From positions 112,470,001 to 112,534,000 of the forward strand of contig CM059432.1 of NCBI GenBank assembly GCA_030390025.1: a stretch of DNA of 64,000 nt, given 5' to 3'. Every line of letters starts with the position of its first letter. The stretch's first letter is position 1. A model generated the notes under the pieces. The model worked only from the letters and a program-made list of their open reading frames with translations. It searched no databases and was not told where the DNA came from. A program made the translations under genes and the position numbers. Shown here one piece after another: positions 12,402 through 26,417 of the stretch. Origin of the DNA: Squalus acanthias (taxonomy: Eukaryota).

Positions 12402-13133
12402 GGCCCAGAAATTGCTGGAAAAATAATGGCCTAGTTCTCGGCGCTCGCCATTATTAGTGCGTAAAAAACCCAGCAGTGTGTGGCGAGGAAGAGATACGCC
12501 ATGAGTTGCGAATCGCCACACATTGCAGGACGATTTGCACCACTCTGCCGTTAGCCTCGTAAAAACGGGACTTCGCCATCAACCTCCCTGCGAGTGTCAA
12601 GAAATTGCTGGGTTTGCACCGTAGATATGAATGAATCCCACTGCAGACATTTAGGGCTGGTATCTCATGTTATAAGGACCCTGTTAGTGACATGATTTAT
12701 GGTCCTGACATGAAACTCAACCTTAGAGGCCCAGAAAAGGAACAATTGAAACTGATTGTTCCTAGAGGTTTTTAAAATTTAATATTTTTTTCTTACTTCT
12801 CCTTTCTGTTTCTTTTCTTCTCTCTTAACCCAATCGTTCTTTCCCTCTCTTTATTTCTCTTTCAGTATCTAATTTGACTCTAATTCACCCTGTTTCCTTC
12901 TCCATCGTTCCCTCTGTTTCTTTTGCTATCCTCAAATTCCATTGGTTAAGGAGATGGACCATTGGACCCAATGTTCAGGAGGTCCCAGATGCCTCGTTGA
13001 TGTTGCCGCACAGTTATCAATTTCTATTTCGAGCAACTTGAGGTGCAAAAATAATACGACCTGAACTGTGAGGAAAAAAAGACCAATTCACGGTGCTCGC
13101 CGCGAGATGTGCCGCTCCTGCATTTTCTGGGTC
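12402..13133. mobile_element. Harbinger-type MITE inserted in an old CR1 3' fragment
   Basis: TIR GGCCCAGAAATTGCTGGA vs reverse complement GACCCAGAAAATGCAGGA (15/18). CR1 3' sequence at 12315-12400 resumes at 13134. Confidence 0.7.
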
Positions 13134-13339
13134 TTTAAGGGTATGGGGAACGAGCAGGGACGTAGATTTAAAGTAGATAGCTTTGAATTGGAGCACAGGG
13201 GTAGTGGACCAAATTACCTCCTACTGTGCTGCAATCTCTGTGATTCTGTTTTATTGTTCTTTGGCATTAGTGTAAATTTCAGTATAAACTAGGCACAACT
13301 TTATAGTTTTCACCCAAAATAAAGCAGAATCCTCATTTT

Positions 13340-14125
13340 TTAAAATTCGTTTATGTGATGTGGGCGTCGCTGGCAAGGCCAGCATTTATTGCCCATCCCT
13401 AATTGCCCTTGAGAAGGTGGTGGTAAACCGCCTTCTTGAACAGCTACAGTCCGTGTGGTGAAGGTACCACCACAGTGCTGTTTGGGAGGGAGTTCCAGGA
13501 TTTTGACCCAGCGACGATGAAGGAACGGCAATATACTTCTAAGACAGGATGATGTGTGACTTGGAGGGGAACAAGCAGGTGATGGTTTTCCCATGCGCCT
13601 GCTGCCCTTGCCCTTCTAGGTGGAAGAGGTCGCGGGTTTGGGAAGTGCTGCCGAAGGAGCCTTGGCGAGTTGCTGCAGTGCATCTTGTAGATGGTACACA
13701 CTGCAGCCACGGTACGCTGGTGGTGGAGGGAGTAAATGTTTAAGGTGGTGGATGGGGTGCCAATCAAGCGGGCTGCTTTGTCCTGGATGGTGTCGAGCTT
13801 CTTGAGTGTTGTTGGAGCTGCACTCATCCAGGCAAGTGGAGAGTATTCCATCACACTCCTTACTTGTGCCTTGTAGATGGTGGAAAGGCTTTGGGGAGTC
13901 AGGAGCTGAGACACTCGCCGCAGAATACCCAGCCTCTGACCTGCTCTTGTTGCCACAGTATTTATGTGGCTGGCCCAGTTAAGTTTCTGGTCAATGGTGA
14001 CCCCCAGGATGTTGATGGTGGGGGATTCGGCGATGGTAATGCCGTTGAATGTCAAGGGGAGGTGGTTAAACTCTCGCTTGTTGGAGATAGTCATTGCCTG
14101 GCACTTCTGTGGCGCGAATGTTATA
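13340..14125 (-). mobile_element. LINE family B (CR1-superclade, distinct from canonical CR1), 3' end
   Basis: ORF 13444-14136 LGVTIDQKLNWASHI...YKAQVRSVMEY...SLHHQRTVAAVCTIYK. Closely similar to the copies at 52890 and 57400. Confidence 0.9.
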
Positions 14126-14299
14126 TGTAAGTACAACTTTCCCTGTTCTGAGCTGCCATCTCTGAACCCAAAACCCAGGTGAGTAAATAATCACCACAGC
14201 CTCTCTGTTCCACCTCAAAAAGGTTTATAATTTAGAAATATATGTATGCATTAAAGCTTTGGTTTCGATCTTAGATTCTTGCTGCATCAGGAAATGAAT

Positions 14300-15021
14300 A
14301 GGAATTAATTTTCAAAAATTTGCTTTTCTTTAACAGCAAATTCTTTATGACATAATGGTGCAGCTATCAGCACTAACCATTATTAAAGAGTAAATTGGAC
14401 AGCAACTTCTGTCATCCGCACATGCGCAGTTAAACGCGGAAATCAGGAAGTTGCTGTCTGATTTGCTCTGCTCCTCCAGAAGCTTCGCTACACCGGTATC
14501 TCGCCAAGAGACTCGGCATTGAAATCCATGAAGGGCGTGAAGTTGCTGTACTTACCCACTAGATACCCACTAAACATGGCAGAAATAGTTAGGGCTGGTC
14601 GATTCAGGTGTAAGTGAGACTTTAACCGCGTGATAAGTCTTAATTACTCACAATGAACTTTTACAAGTGTGGAGCATTCTTGCTCCTCCTGGCCCACAAG
14701 CAGAGCTGGATAAGCACTTCCCTCTTCTATGCAGCAGTCCTCACTTCCATGGTGTTCAGGGAAACCTGACCAGAACTCCTTCCCTCCGCTTGGAGGCACT
14801 ACACAATCTAATTCTATATCACTGGCAGTGAGGCCAGCGTGTCTCAATAAAGATTCTTCAATCTGATTGGTTAAGGAGATACACAGCTGCTTGCTCTGTA
14901 CACACAGGTCCCAGATAATTACCGCAAGTTCCAGTGCAAAAGTCCATGGAAAGTCTGGGCAAGTTTAAGTGTAATGAATGGCTAGTGCCCTTTGGTTGCC
15001 GTTGACCACAAAATGCGGGCC
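14300..15021. mobile_element. Degenerate Harbinger-type MITE related to 12402-13133
   Basis: Shares the ATTGGTTAAGGAGAT...GGTCCCAGAT block and ends AAAATGCGGGCC. The left end is eroded. Confidence 0.5.
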
Positions 15022-16204
15022 AATATTTGTCACCTGGTCTCTGGTTTGATGTACATTGCATTTTGTGCCAGCAATCACCACAGTAAGCATATTCTGCATA
15101 TTTTCTGCACCGGATCGTCATATGAAGTTCCCACATCCCAGCATCACCAAAAAATACATTATTTCGTCATTTATTCAGTTGCTTTTTGTGGGACCTTGCT
15201 GTTAACAAATTGGCTGCCGCATTTGCCAAAATAACAATGGTGACTGCACTACAAAAGTATTCCACTGGCCCTGAAGTGCCCAAGGAAATGATAAGGTGCT
15301 AAATAAATGGGAGTTCTTTCTTGAGGCTGCCCATTCACAATTCACGGAGGATATAACCTGTCCACTGCTGTTGGTAATGTTAGTAAGGAGCCTACTTTCT
15401 TCGCAGCAGCATTGATGCACATGTCAGCAGGCTAACCGTCTGTAAACAGGCTAATAAGAAATTCCAAATGATGTAGTGCCTTCAAAATCCAATGCTCTTG
15501 AGGTTGAAGTAAAGGGGAAACAGACCCATGGAAGTTACAGTACAAAAGCGTCAGAGTCACATCACCAATCTTGCCATGGTGAGAAATAACTGTCATTGGC
15601 TGACAGCATGTAGGATCACACGGCCATGTTACACATTAAGCTGCTTATACTGATGTTGGTTGGAATGTTCTATTTCCATTTGGTTTACCGGACAAGCATT
15701 TTCCAGTGAGGGCCTAATCAGGCTCTAGTGGCCTACTCCTAGTGTACACAGATAAGGAATATCATACAAACTCATTGACCAGTTCATTACTACTAAAGCA
15801 CAGCACGATTTCAACTCACTACATTAATCAGCAGCAAATCAGGGAAATGTAAACCTGTTTTTGATTTTGCTTTTTTTTTCAAAATGATAGGATGAAGAGA
15901 TCAAAAGAAAGCAGCAGATATCTTAGCACACTGCTCCCAGCCATTAAAACATATACATCCGAGGACAGGGCTGGAGCTGTGCTATTAAAAGGGCAGTATT
16001 CTACCTATGTGAAGTCAGTGCAATCAGGAGGTTCATTAATATTTTAAAACTGTATTCGTCTTGTCACTGTTTGAATGCCAGTGATATAGAATTAGATTGT
16101 GTACTGCCTCCAGAAGACAAAGAATGTGATGGTGATTGCACCTGTTTTCCTCCAGTGGCATATCTTAACCCTGCCACAGCAAAATTACACATCTTTAAAA
16201 CATT

Positions 16205-17314
16205 GGCCCCAAAATTCTAGATGGGGCCAAGGCGGAAACTTAAACAGATGTCCGAATTGGGGAGCGTAAAATGAGGCGGAATCCAATTCTTCCACTCATT
16301 CAGCCCTTATGAGGCTGCAGGGAACTCGTGACCTGGCAAAAGTTCCAATGAGGACTCTGGAAAGGCCCAAGCAGCTCTGCAGAAAAGGGTAGTTGATCCA
16401 GAGAGGATTGATTGCTCTTGATGTGCCTGAAAATGGCTTCTTTCAGAGCCGATTTGTTACACTGCTACTTCTTCAGCCTGGTAAGGGCCTGGGGCAGACC
16501 TATGTTGTGAGCTGCTCTGCCTTTTAAGAGCGGATCGGGTGGGCACCAGCCAGTGCCGGCAGCCCATCCTGACTATGCTAATGATCCTGTCTCCAAAATT
16601 GGGATGTGTCTAAATTTTCCAAAGCTTGGCTGTGGTGTCCTTGCTATTGAACAGCCTGTCAAAGCTTGCTATGTAGGTTCACACATAAAGAGGGGGAGAG
16701 CTGCTGTGACCTTGGAATTGTACCTTGGAAGGAGTCAGTGGGGGTAGATTTTGACTTTTGGATGGCCGCCGCGATTTTGAGACCTAGGCCTCATGAATCC
16801 CACCAGCAAGCTGTGGACACCAAATGGGCATCCCCAAGTAGCTCCCTGGTTTTGAGTCACAGGAAGACTGGCTGGCTGGGACGCCAACAACAGCTGCGGG
16901 TCAATCCTGGGGATTGGAAGGTGATGCTGAGGGTGGTACCCCCGGGCTGGCAGCGGCCTGCTGTATTTTAGTGGAGCCCAGAGAAAGACTCCTACTCTTC
17001 GTGGCACCACAAAAATAAACACAGATTTACTTATGGGATCCTCTTCGGCTGGACTGCCAGCTGATACTGGATGGAGCATGTATGGCTCATGCCAGTAGGC
17101 TCATAAAATATCAGTCAGTGCCCAATGTACATCATAGGACGCTGATCTTAATTTTAAATAGGCCTACCGCTTGACTCGAGCTGGCCAGCAGTAGGTCCAG
17201 GGGTGCATTGCCGCAGCAACAGGGTCGATGGAAATGGGATGTTAAGTCTTTCCCCGTAATTTTTGGGCTGCGACCGGCCCATTTCTGCTGGGTGGGAGGC
17301 CTCGAAATTCAGCC
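16205..17314. mobile_element. MITE-like GC-richer repeat(s)
   Basis: Starts GGCCCCAAAATT and ends GAAATTCAGCCC, like other MITE termini here, but the two ends do not pair well. Confidence 0.35.
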
Positions 17315-17999
17315 CAGTGTCTTCAAAATAGATAGGGATAAAACTGGGGGGGAAAATCCATTGCCATCATCATGTGTGCTTGTTCTTAATTTTTCAGGAC
17401 AATTTTATACAATAAGCCCCATGTGCCTAAAGAACAGGCAAAATGATTCAATTTATCTGTATATCCCTTTAGAGCTGAGAGAAGAAACTGTCCAATTCTA
17501 CACTAATAAAGTGGAATATCAACTGCTCATTTGGCCATGTGGCTATATCTCACTCACACTGCCATTACTCCAGTTGTCTTGGCTATGTTGGAAGCCAGAT
17601 CGCAGCCATGAATGGATTGCACTTAAATCCATTACACTGTGGGTGTCTCACAGGTGGCCTGCGAGGTAGATCCAGCCTGTGATCTCCTCTTGTCTGGACT
17701 GCACAGCCCCTGCTGCTTCCTTTCATCCTTGTGCGTTTGAGTGACTTAGACTTAGCCGAGTGACATTGGGAGCTTGTTAATTTTGGCCCACAGTTTATTC
17801 TTGTTTTCACATCATTTTTATATCAGATATTCTGGAACTTGTAACAGTCAGTTCTCACAAATGCATGGATTTCAGGGCCACTCAACTGCACCAAAATCCT
17901 CTCTGACTGATTGTTGCTCGGTCTGTTCCTTGTGCATCCCTTTGGAGAATAACACATAGTGTGATTTTCTGGAGCGCGACAGAATTCACCATTGGCATG

Positions 18000-19700
18000 C
18001 CCGTTCCTCCAGATCACCCAAGCATCTTTGGAGCTTTTTGATGTTATTTTTGATTTCATAGAAGATATCCAAATGTTGATGTCATCAACAACTGTGAGCA
18101 AGTGCTAGTCCTTTATTCAGCTATTGGAATGCCATTGACATAAATGGGGAACAGGGGTGGGCTGAGAACAGAGCCCTCGGGAACTCTTACCATTGGGCAA
18201 AACCGAGTGGAAATTGTTGTGCGTATTCTGACACCAATTGTGTGTTTTGTCAGGAAATTTGATATCCGTCACATTAGTTCACAGGAGATGTTAAGCTGGG
18301 AAATGGCGTATCGCAGTCCATTATGCCCAACCTCGTCGAAAGCCTTTTCCACATTTCGGAACGCTACCAATGTATACTTTTTTTTGTTAGAGGCTCAGAG
18401 GATACATTTCGACAATCGTAGCCAAGTTGCTGCTGGTGTTTCCTCCTTTCCTGAACCCTGCTTGTCTGAGTTGAAGAAGTCAATGCTCTTCGGGTGAGGT
18501 TGGAGGCGGTACGTGCTGACTTTCTCCAGCAGCTTTCCCAGGCAGCTCAACAGGTTGATCATTCAATAATTGCTGGGATCGCAAGAATTATGGCAAGTTT
18601 GTGGACCATTGTGACCACAGCTAATTTGCAGGATCTTGGGTAGTAGCCCAGTAATTGACTTGGTGAGGACCTTCGCTGAACATGTCCCACTTTCCTGGGG
18701 CTTTCTCTTGACTGCTCCTTAACTGGAGTTCAGCAGCAGTAGTTGGCTGGGCCAGAGTAGTTGCAGTGCTCTTTGACATATTATCTTCTCCATTACTTGC
18801 AGGGGCTGTGCTCAAAGATTACAACTGTTCTGGTTGTGTTCGGATGTAATGCTCCAATTCCTTTTCCTAGAGATTGCATTCCTTGTGATTTGGTGTGATC
18901 AGTGCAGAGATGATCTTTGAAGAGCTTTAATTTATTTCAGTATGTCTCTGCTTAGGGAGTGCAACATTGGTATGTTCTTGCACTGGTTTTGCCTTGGCGC
19001 TCTGCAGATCTGATGCCTGAATCATTTGGGATCATGTTCTTGTTCAACCTTTCTGCATAAAAGATCTCACTGCTTCTCAGCATCGGTTTTAAGCAGTAAG
19101 ATGTTAGTTTGCAGCCGGTTGATTGATGTTTTTGTTTTCCTGAGTCATGTTTTAAAGTAGTCACTTCTGAGTCTGTTTTTAACCAAATCAGTGAAGTGTT
19201 GGGGTAGCTCAGCAGTCCTATCATCAGGATCCTACTTCAACAAATGTGTTGCTTCTGCTGCTTCTCTTAATGCATCAGTTAGCTGCTTGATGGTTGGCTC
19301 TCGACCGTCAGGGGTTTCGCAGATGATCGGTTGGGTGATACTGCCTGTTAGATGCAGCCTGAAGGCAGCCCAGTTAGCTTCTTTGTAATCCCAGTCTAAT
19401 GTTCTGGATGGTTGAAGTCAGGCAGAGAGGCTCAGTGGAACAGGTCGAGCAGATGGTTACTCCCCACATTTTCCCTGATGCTTGGGTCTGAGCACTTGCC
19501 TGCCACAACTGGTGTTACAGTGGTGAGGTCAAGCACATCATGGGATTTAAAGCTGTGACCAATAGACTCTGGGGGTTTGAAGCTGCTGTAGCCCAGATCC
19601 TCAGTTATGTCCAGCATTGGCAGACTGGCCTCCCCATGCAGGGTCTTTTGGACTGAAGTTCCCAGGATCAGCATGTTGTTTTATTTAGACTTCAACTCAA
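18000..19700 (-). mobile_element. Old Jockey/I-like non-LTR retrotransposon remnant
   Basis: Minus strand reads VAFLNVEKAFDEVGHNGL and VPEGSVLSPPLFPIYVNGIP (RT motifs). Many stops. Confidence 0.65.
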
Positions 19701-20887
19701 TTTAGCTATTTAAACTTCCTGGACCTGGTGGACTGGAAAAGGCTGCTCCCTGATTGGTGGATTTAGACCAACCAGAGAGCAATCTTTTTGCACCAATTAG
19801 ACTTTGCCAGTACTGCAGTCCTGATTGTTTAAATAGCTCGGGTTGAGCTTTGAAGTTTTTGAACTTTAGAGAAAGATGGATAGGGAGATCAGAAGACCTT
19901 TTGATTTTTTGTGTATGGAGTGTTGCACTTTTTGTGTACGGTGTTCTTGTATTTTATTGTATACGGGGAGGGAGGGTCACAATATTAATTTAATTGGGGC
20001 ATTTGCATTTTCTTCATATCACACTTTATTTCTTTGAGGGCTATTTTTGTATGAGACCTCTCATTTCTTTGTAATCATATGTAGCCCACTGACTGCTTGT
20101 GATATGTGTATCCGGCCTCGAGCTCCAAAGGTTGCACATTCCTACACTGCACCATGCAGTCCTTTTTCTCTTGTAGGTATAGTTTTATCCACTAATATGG
20201 AACAGTCCACCATCACAGATTGCTCCACTTAACAGATGATGCAAAAACTGCCAGAATTCATTCCCATTGTGGTCAGGAGATTCAAGTGACTTACAGGCTT
20301 GTAACCTCAGCTGGTTGAACTGGATGTGAGTGAATCTGTTAGTTTACCCTGGAAACTCCTGATTTTAGTTTGGCTACAGAGCTGCATTTTAAAATCAGTT
20401 AACACTAACATTTTCTCAACAGAGCTACTAACGTGGGACTATTTTTTTTTAAATCCCCACGTACATTTCATTTAAAAATTCTATGTGTACAGAAAATGTA
20501 ATATAAATGTAATTCTTATTTTGAGCTGACCGGCGTTACACTTAAGTGGGTATCCTTTAGGATTACCATTTAACAGTGGCATGACTGAGCGGAATAGCTA
20601 TGAATCATGGACTTAAATCAAAGGCTGTAGATAGAGATCATTGAAACTGCAGTATCCATTTCCCAGTGTCAATTTCCAGTCACTTTCGTATGTTCCGAAT
20701 CAACCACTTGGTGATCTGTGTATTCACACTGATTTAGCAGCAGAACCGTCAGTAAAAAGATTAAAATGTGCAGGATGAAAACATGAGAAATTCAAACAAG
20801 GGACAATGCTCTTTATTTTCAAAAGCTGCATTCCTGGAGCAGACCTATAGTTGAAGAATGAGAACCTATAGGAGGGTTGGATACGAT

Positions 20888-21574
20888 GGCCCATAATTTC
20901 CTGGAAAGTTTTGATGTAACTGCAGCGTTTTCCCCACTTTTGTTTTGAGGAAATTTGCACGCAACTGATTTATGCTGAAACATTGGTACGCGCAAATTTC
21001 CTCAATCATTTGTGCCACTTCCGAGAAACGTCCGCTGAAACCCTCTGCTGCCCATTTATAGTTGCGTGCCCCCCCCCCCCCCCCCAACCATGCAAAAGAG
21101 TAGCTCATGTGAGTTCCAAGATTTACGCGAATAATGTGCTGGCATAGTTTTACACCTGAAAATTTAGGCACGGCATGGCACAACCTGAAGTCACCTGATA
21201 TCGACATAACTGAGATTACTGGAGTTTTATAGCAATTTTCTTTGCCTTTTTTTGGCATTTTTCTTACTGAGACGTGTACTATATTTAGACAAGGTGTTGT
21301 CACTCTCAGCGCACCCAGTATTTTTCAAACTCTCGCCCTCGTGTTCTGCAGGACTAAGCCGCTGGAATAGCCTTCCCAATGGGAATACCCCTAGGAATAA
21401 TAATGGAAGAGGAAGAGCAGCATCAGATGCAAGCGGCTCTGAAAATGAGGTGGCAAGGCAGAAGACAGTAGCGCACTTGCTCTTATTCCTATTGATGGCG
21501 CTGCATCTACACTTGTTTTATGCCAGTTTTTACATTCCGGCATGGGCAAATGAGCTCCGCAGGAAATTTGGGCA
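20888..21574. mobile_element. Harbinger-type MITE
   Basis: Ends GGCCCATAATTTCCTG and CAGGAAATTTGGGC; internal blocks resemble 12402-13133. Confidence 0.6.
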
Positions 21575-21624
21575 TAAATTCCCGTTGGCAAGATTGACAC
21601 AGAAACCAGTATACATTTCGACAT

Positions 21625-22970
21625 ACTTAAAGGTACTTAAAAGGTTGGCAGCACTCAAAGTAGAAAACTCACCTGGTCCAGATGGGATGCATCCGAGGTT
21701 ACTGAGGGAAGTAAGGGTGGAAATTGCGGAGGCTCTGACCACAATCTTCCAATCATCCTTGGATATGGGAGTGGTGCCAGAGGACTGGAGGATTGCAAAT
21801 GTTACACCACTGTTCAAAAAAGGGGAGAGGGATAAACTCGGCAATTATAGGCCAGGCAGCCTAAAGTCAGTGGTTGGGAAATTTTTAGAGACAACAATCC
21901 GGGACAAATTTAATTGTCACTTGGAAAAATATAGGTTAATAAATGACAGTCAGCATGGATTTGTTAAAGGCAAATCGCGTTTGACTGACTTGATTGAGTT
22001 CTTTGATGTATTAACAGAGAGGGTTAATGAGGGTAGTGCGGTTGATGCTGTGTATATGGTCTTTAAAAAGGCGTTTCATAAAGTACCACGTAATAGACTT
22101 GTTGGCAGAATTGAAGCCCATGGGATTAAAGGGGCAGTGGTTTCATGGATATGGAATTGGCTAAGGGGCAGAAAGCAGAGAGTAGTGGTGAATGGTTGTT
22201 TTTCAGACTGGAGGGAGGTATACAGTGGTGTCCCCCAGGGGTCAGTATTAGGACCACTTCCCTTTTTGATATATATTAATGACCTGGACTTGGGTATTGC
22301 AAAGCTTGCGGATAACACGAAACTCGGAAATGGAATATGCAGTGAGGAGGATGGTAACATAGACTGGTGAAGTGGGCAGACACATGGCAGATGAAATTTA
22401 ACACAGCGAAGTATGAAGTGATGCATTTTGGTATGAAGAATGAGGAGAGGTAATATAAACTAAATGGTACAATTTAAAAGGGGGTGCAGGAACAGAGAGA
22501 CCTGGGGGTGTATGTATACAAATCTTTGAAGATGGAAGGACAAGTTGAGAAGGCTGTTAAAAAAGCATATGGATCTTTGGCTTTATAAACAGAGGCACAG
22601 AGTAGGCAGGTACGTTATGCTAAACTTTTATAAATCACTGGAGTGTTGTGTCCAACTCTAGACACCACACTTTAGGAAAGCTGTCATGACCTTAGAGAGG
22701 GTGCAGAGGAGATTTACTAGAATGGTACCAGAGATGCAGGACTTCAGTTACAAGGAGTGATAGCAAAGCTGGGGTTGTTCTCCTTAGAGCAGAGAAGTTA
22801 AGAGGAGATTTAATAGATGTCTTCAAGGCATGAAGAGTTTTGATAGAGTAAATGACAAACTGTATCCAATGGAAGAAGGGTCAGTAACCAGAGGACACAG
22901 ATTGAAGGTAATTGGCAAAAGAACCAGAGGCGACATGAGGAAAAGCAAATTTACGCAGTGAGTTGTTACG
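21625..22970 (+). mobile_element. CR1 LINE ORF2 (RT) fragment; its 3' end appears to resume at 27238-27425
   Basis: [48 protein letters not shown]. The tail ends in ATGATTCTAT. Confidence 0.92.
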
Positions 22971-24627
22971 ATAAACTCCCAGAGATGTCGGGGAACATAG
23001 GGTCTAATGAGGGAGGAATTGAATGAAATCAGTATCTGTAGGGAAATGGTGTTAGGGAAATTGACGGGTTTGAAGGCCGATAAATCCCCAGGGCCTGATA
23101 ATCTACGTCCTAGGGTACTTAAGGAAGTGGCCCTAGAAATAGTAGATGCATTGCTGGTGATCTTTCAAAATTCTATCGACTCTGGAACAGTTCCCATGGA
23201 TTGGAGGGTAGCTAATGTAACCCCACTATTTAAAAAAGGTGGTAGAGAAAAAACGGGGAATTATAGACCTGACATCGGTAGTGGGCAAAATGCTAGAGTC
23301 TATTATAAAAGATGTAATAGCAGAGCACTTGGAAAACAGTGACAGGATCGGACAAAGTCAACATGGATTTACAAAAGGTAAATCATGCCTGACAAATCTA
23401 CTGGAATTTTTTGAGGATGTAACTAGTAGAATAGATAAGGGAGAACCAGTGGATGTGGTGTATTTGGACTTTCAGAAGGCTTTCGATAAGGTCCCGCATA
23501 AGAGATTAGCGTGCAAAGTTAAAGCACATGGGATTGGGGGTAAGGTACTGATTTGGATAGAGAACTGGTTGGCAGACAGGAAGCAAAGAGTTGGAATAAA
23601 CGGGTCTTTTTCCGAGTGGCAGGGATCGGTGCTAGGACCCCAGCTATTCACAATATATATTAATGATCTAGACGAGGGAACTAGATGTAATATCTCCAAG
23701 TTTGCAGACTACACAAAGCTGGGTGGGCGTGTGTGCTGTGAGGAGGATGCAGAAAAACTCCAGTATGATTTGGATAGGTTGGGTGATTGGGCAGATGCAT
23801 GGCAGATGCAGTATAATGTGGATAAATGTGAGGTTATCCATTTTGGTGGCAAAAACAGGAAGACAGATTATTATCTGAACGGCAATAGATTGGGAAAAGG
23901 AGAAGTGCAATGAGATCTGGGAGTCCTTGTGCAATAGTCGCTGAAGGTAAGCATGCAGGTGCAGCAGGCGGTTAAGAAGGCAAATGGTATGTTGGCCTTC
24001 ATAGCGAGAGGATTCGAGTACAGGAGCAAGGATGTCTTGCTGCAGTTGTACAAGGCCTTAGTGAGACCACACCTTGAGTATTGTGTGCAGTTTTGGTCGC
24101 CTTATCTGAGGAAGGATGTTCTTGCCATGGAGGGAGTGCAGCGAAGATTTACCAGACTGATACCTGGGATGGCAGGAATGACGTATGAAGAGAGATTGGG
24201 TCGATTAGGCTTATATTCGCTAGAGTTTCGAAGAATGAGAGGGGATCTCATTGAAACTTATAAAATTCTAACAGGACTAGACAGACTAGATGCAGGAAGG
24301 ATGTTCCCGATGGCGGGGGAGTCCAGAACCAGAGGTCACAGTCTAAGGATAAGGGGTAAGCCATTTAGGACTGAGATGAGGAGGAATTTCTTCACCCAGA
24401 GAGTGGTGAACCTGTGGAATTCTCTACCACAGAAGGCAGTTGAGGCCAATTCATTAAATATATTCAAGAAGGAGTTAGATATATTTCTTAAGGCTAAAGA
24501 GATCAAGGGATATGGGAAGAAAGCAGGGACAGGGTACTGAATTTGGATGATCAGCCATGATCTCATTAAATGGCGGAGCATGCTCGAGGGGCCGAATGGC
24601 CTACTCCTGCTCCTAGCTTCTATGATC
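22971..24627 (+). mobile_element. CR1 LINE, 5'-truncated, nested
   Basis: ORFs 23007, 23239 and 23953 encode the RT and C-terminus (LVRPHLEYCVQFWSP; RRMRGDLIE). Confidence 0.95.
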
Positions 24628-26172
24628 TGGGAACATAGGAACAGGAGTAGGCCATTTAGCCCCTTGAGCTTGATCCACCATTCAATGAGATCATGGCTGA
24701 TCTGTGACCTAACTCCATACACCCGCCTTTTCCCCGTATCCTTTAATATCCATGGTTAACAGAAATCAAAGAATCTCGGATATAAAATTAACAATTGACC
24801 CAGCATCGACTGCCATTTGCGGAAGAGAGTTCCAAACTTCTACAACACTTTGTGTGTAGAAGTGTTTCCTAACTTCACTCCTGAAAGCCCTGCTCTAATT
24901 TTTAGGCTATGACCCATAGTCCTGTATTCCCCAACCAGCAGAAATAGTTTCTCTCTATCTACCAGTTCCCTTTAATATATTGAAAATTTCAATCAAATCA
25001 CGCCTTGATCTTCTAAATTCCAGGGAATACAATGCTCGTTTGTGTAATCTCGCCTCGTATTTTAACCCTTGGAGTCCTGCTATCATTCTGGTAAATCTAC
25101 GCTGCACTTCCTCCAAGGCCAATATATCCTTCCTAAGGTGTGGTGCCCAGAACTGCTTACAGTACTCCAGGTGTGGTCTAACCAGGGCTTTGTATAGCTG
25201 TGACATGACTTCTAACACCTTGTATTCTAGTCCTTTAGATATAAAGGCCAGCATTCCATTCGCCTTTTTGATTATTTTTTGTACCTGTCCATGACATTTT
25301 AATGATCTATGCACATGGACTCCTAATTGTCTTTGGACTTCCGCTGTTTTTAGCTTTTCACCATTTAGAAAGTACTCTGATCTATCGTTTCTAGGTCCAA
25401 AATGGATGACCTCACACTTGCCTACATTGAAATCCATTTGCCACAGTTTTGCCCATTCACTTAATCTATCGATATCACTTTGTAATTTTATGCTTCCATC
25501 TACGCCTATCTTTGTGTCATTGGCAAACTTGGATATGTGGCTCTCTATCCCGTCATCTAAGTTGTTAATAAATACTGTGAATATTTGAGGCACCAGCACA
25601 GATCCCTGTGGGACACCACTAGTCACATCCTGTCAATTAGAGTATCTGGCCATTATCCCTACTCTCTGTCTCCTGCCGCTCAGAAAATCTCCAAACCAGG
25701 CCAATAATTTGCCCTCAATTCCACGAGCTTCAACTTTAGCTAAAAGTCTCTAATGAGGAACTGTATTGAATGCCTTCTGGAAGTCCATATAAATAACATC
25801 CATAGACATTCCCCTGTCCACTACTTTAGTCGCCACTTCAAAAAATTCAATCAGGTTTGTCAGGCACGGCCTACCCTTTACAAATCCATGCTGGCTCTCT
25901 CTGATCAGCTAAAAATGTTCAAGGTGTTCAGTCACCCTATGCTTAATTATAGACTCTAGTAATTTCCCGACAACAGATGTTAGGCCAACTGGTCTATAAT
26001 TCCCTGGTTTTCCTCTCTCACCTTTCTTAAATAGCGGGGTGACGTGCAATTTTCCAATCTAAAGGAACTTTGGAAGATCATAGTTAGGGCATCTGCAACG
26101 TTCTCACCTACTTCCTTTAAACCCTGGGATGGAAACCATCTGGTCCTGGGGATTTATCACTCTTTAGTGCCT
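24628..26172 (-). mobile_element. CR1 LINE RT fragment
   Basis: ORF 24955-25626 GVPQGSVLVPQIF...LVRPHLEYC. Confidence 0.92.
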
Positions 26173-26417
26173 TTAGGGGTGATGTTAACTCTACTTGTTC
26201 AGCAGAAACCTGGCGGGTGGGCAGTTAAAATCGCCCTGGCTCTTACCTGTCCGAACGCCACCATGATCGCAACATCTGCAATTTTAATCTGCTCTCCTGA
26301 GCAGGCAGCAAGGACACGCGCCCGGAGCCAACAGGATCCTTCTTTACATAGGCATGTTGCGGCCCAGTGACATCATTGAGACCCAACTGTAATTTTAGCT
26401 CAGGCCTGAGAATTATT

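Noticed and set aside
20295..20382. Minus-strand exon candidate with a GTAAGT donor
   Set aside because: Stops in all three frames and a weak acceptor.
21252..22370. 372-aa ORF with a novel N-terminus fused to RT
   Set aside because: Chance read-through from a MITE into a truncated CR1; the catalytic motif is lost (LADN).
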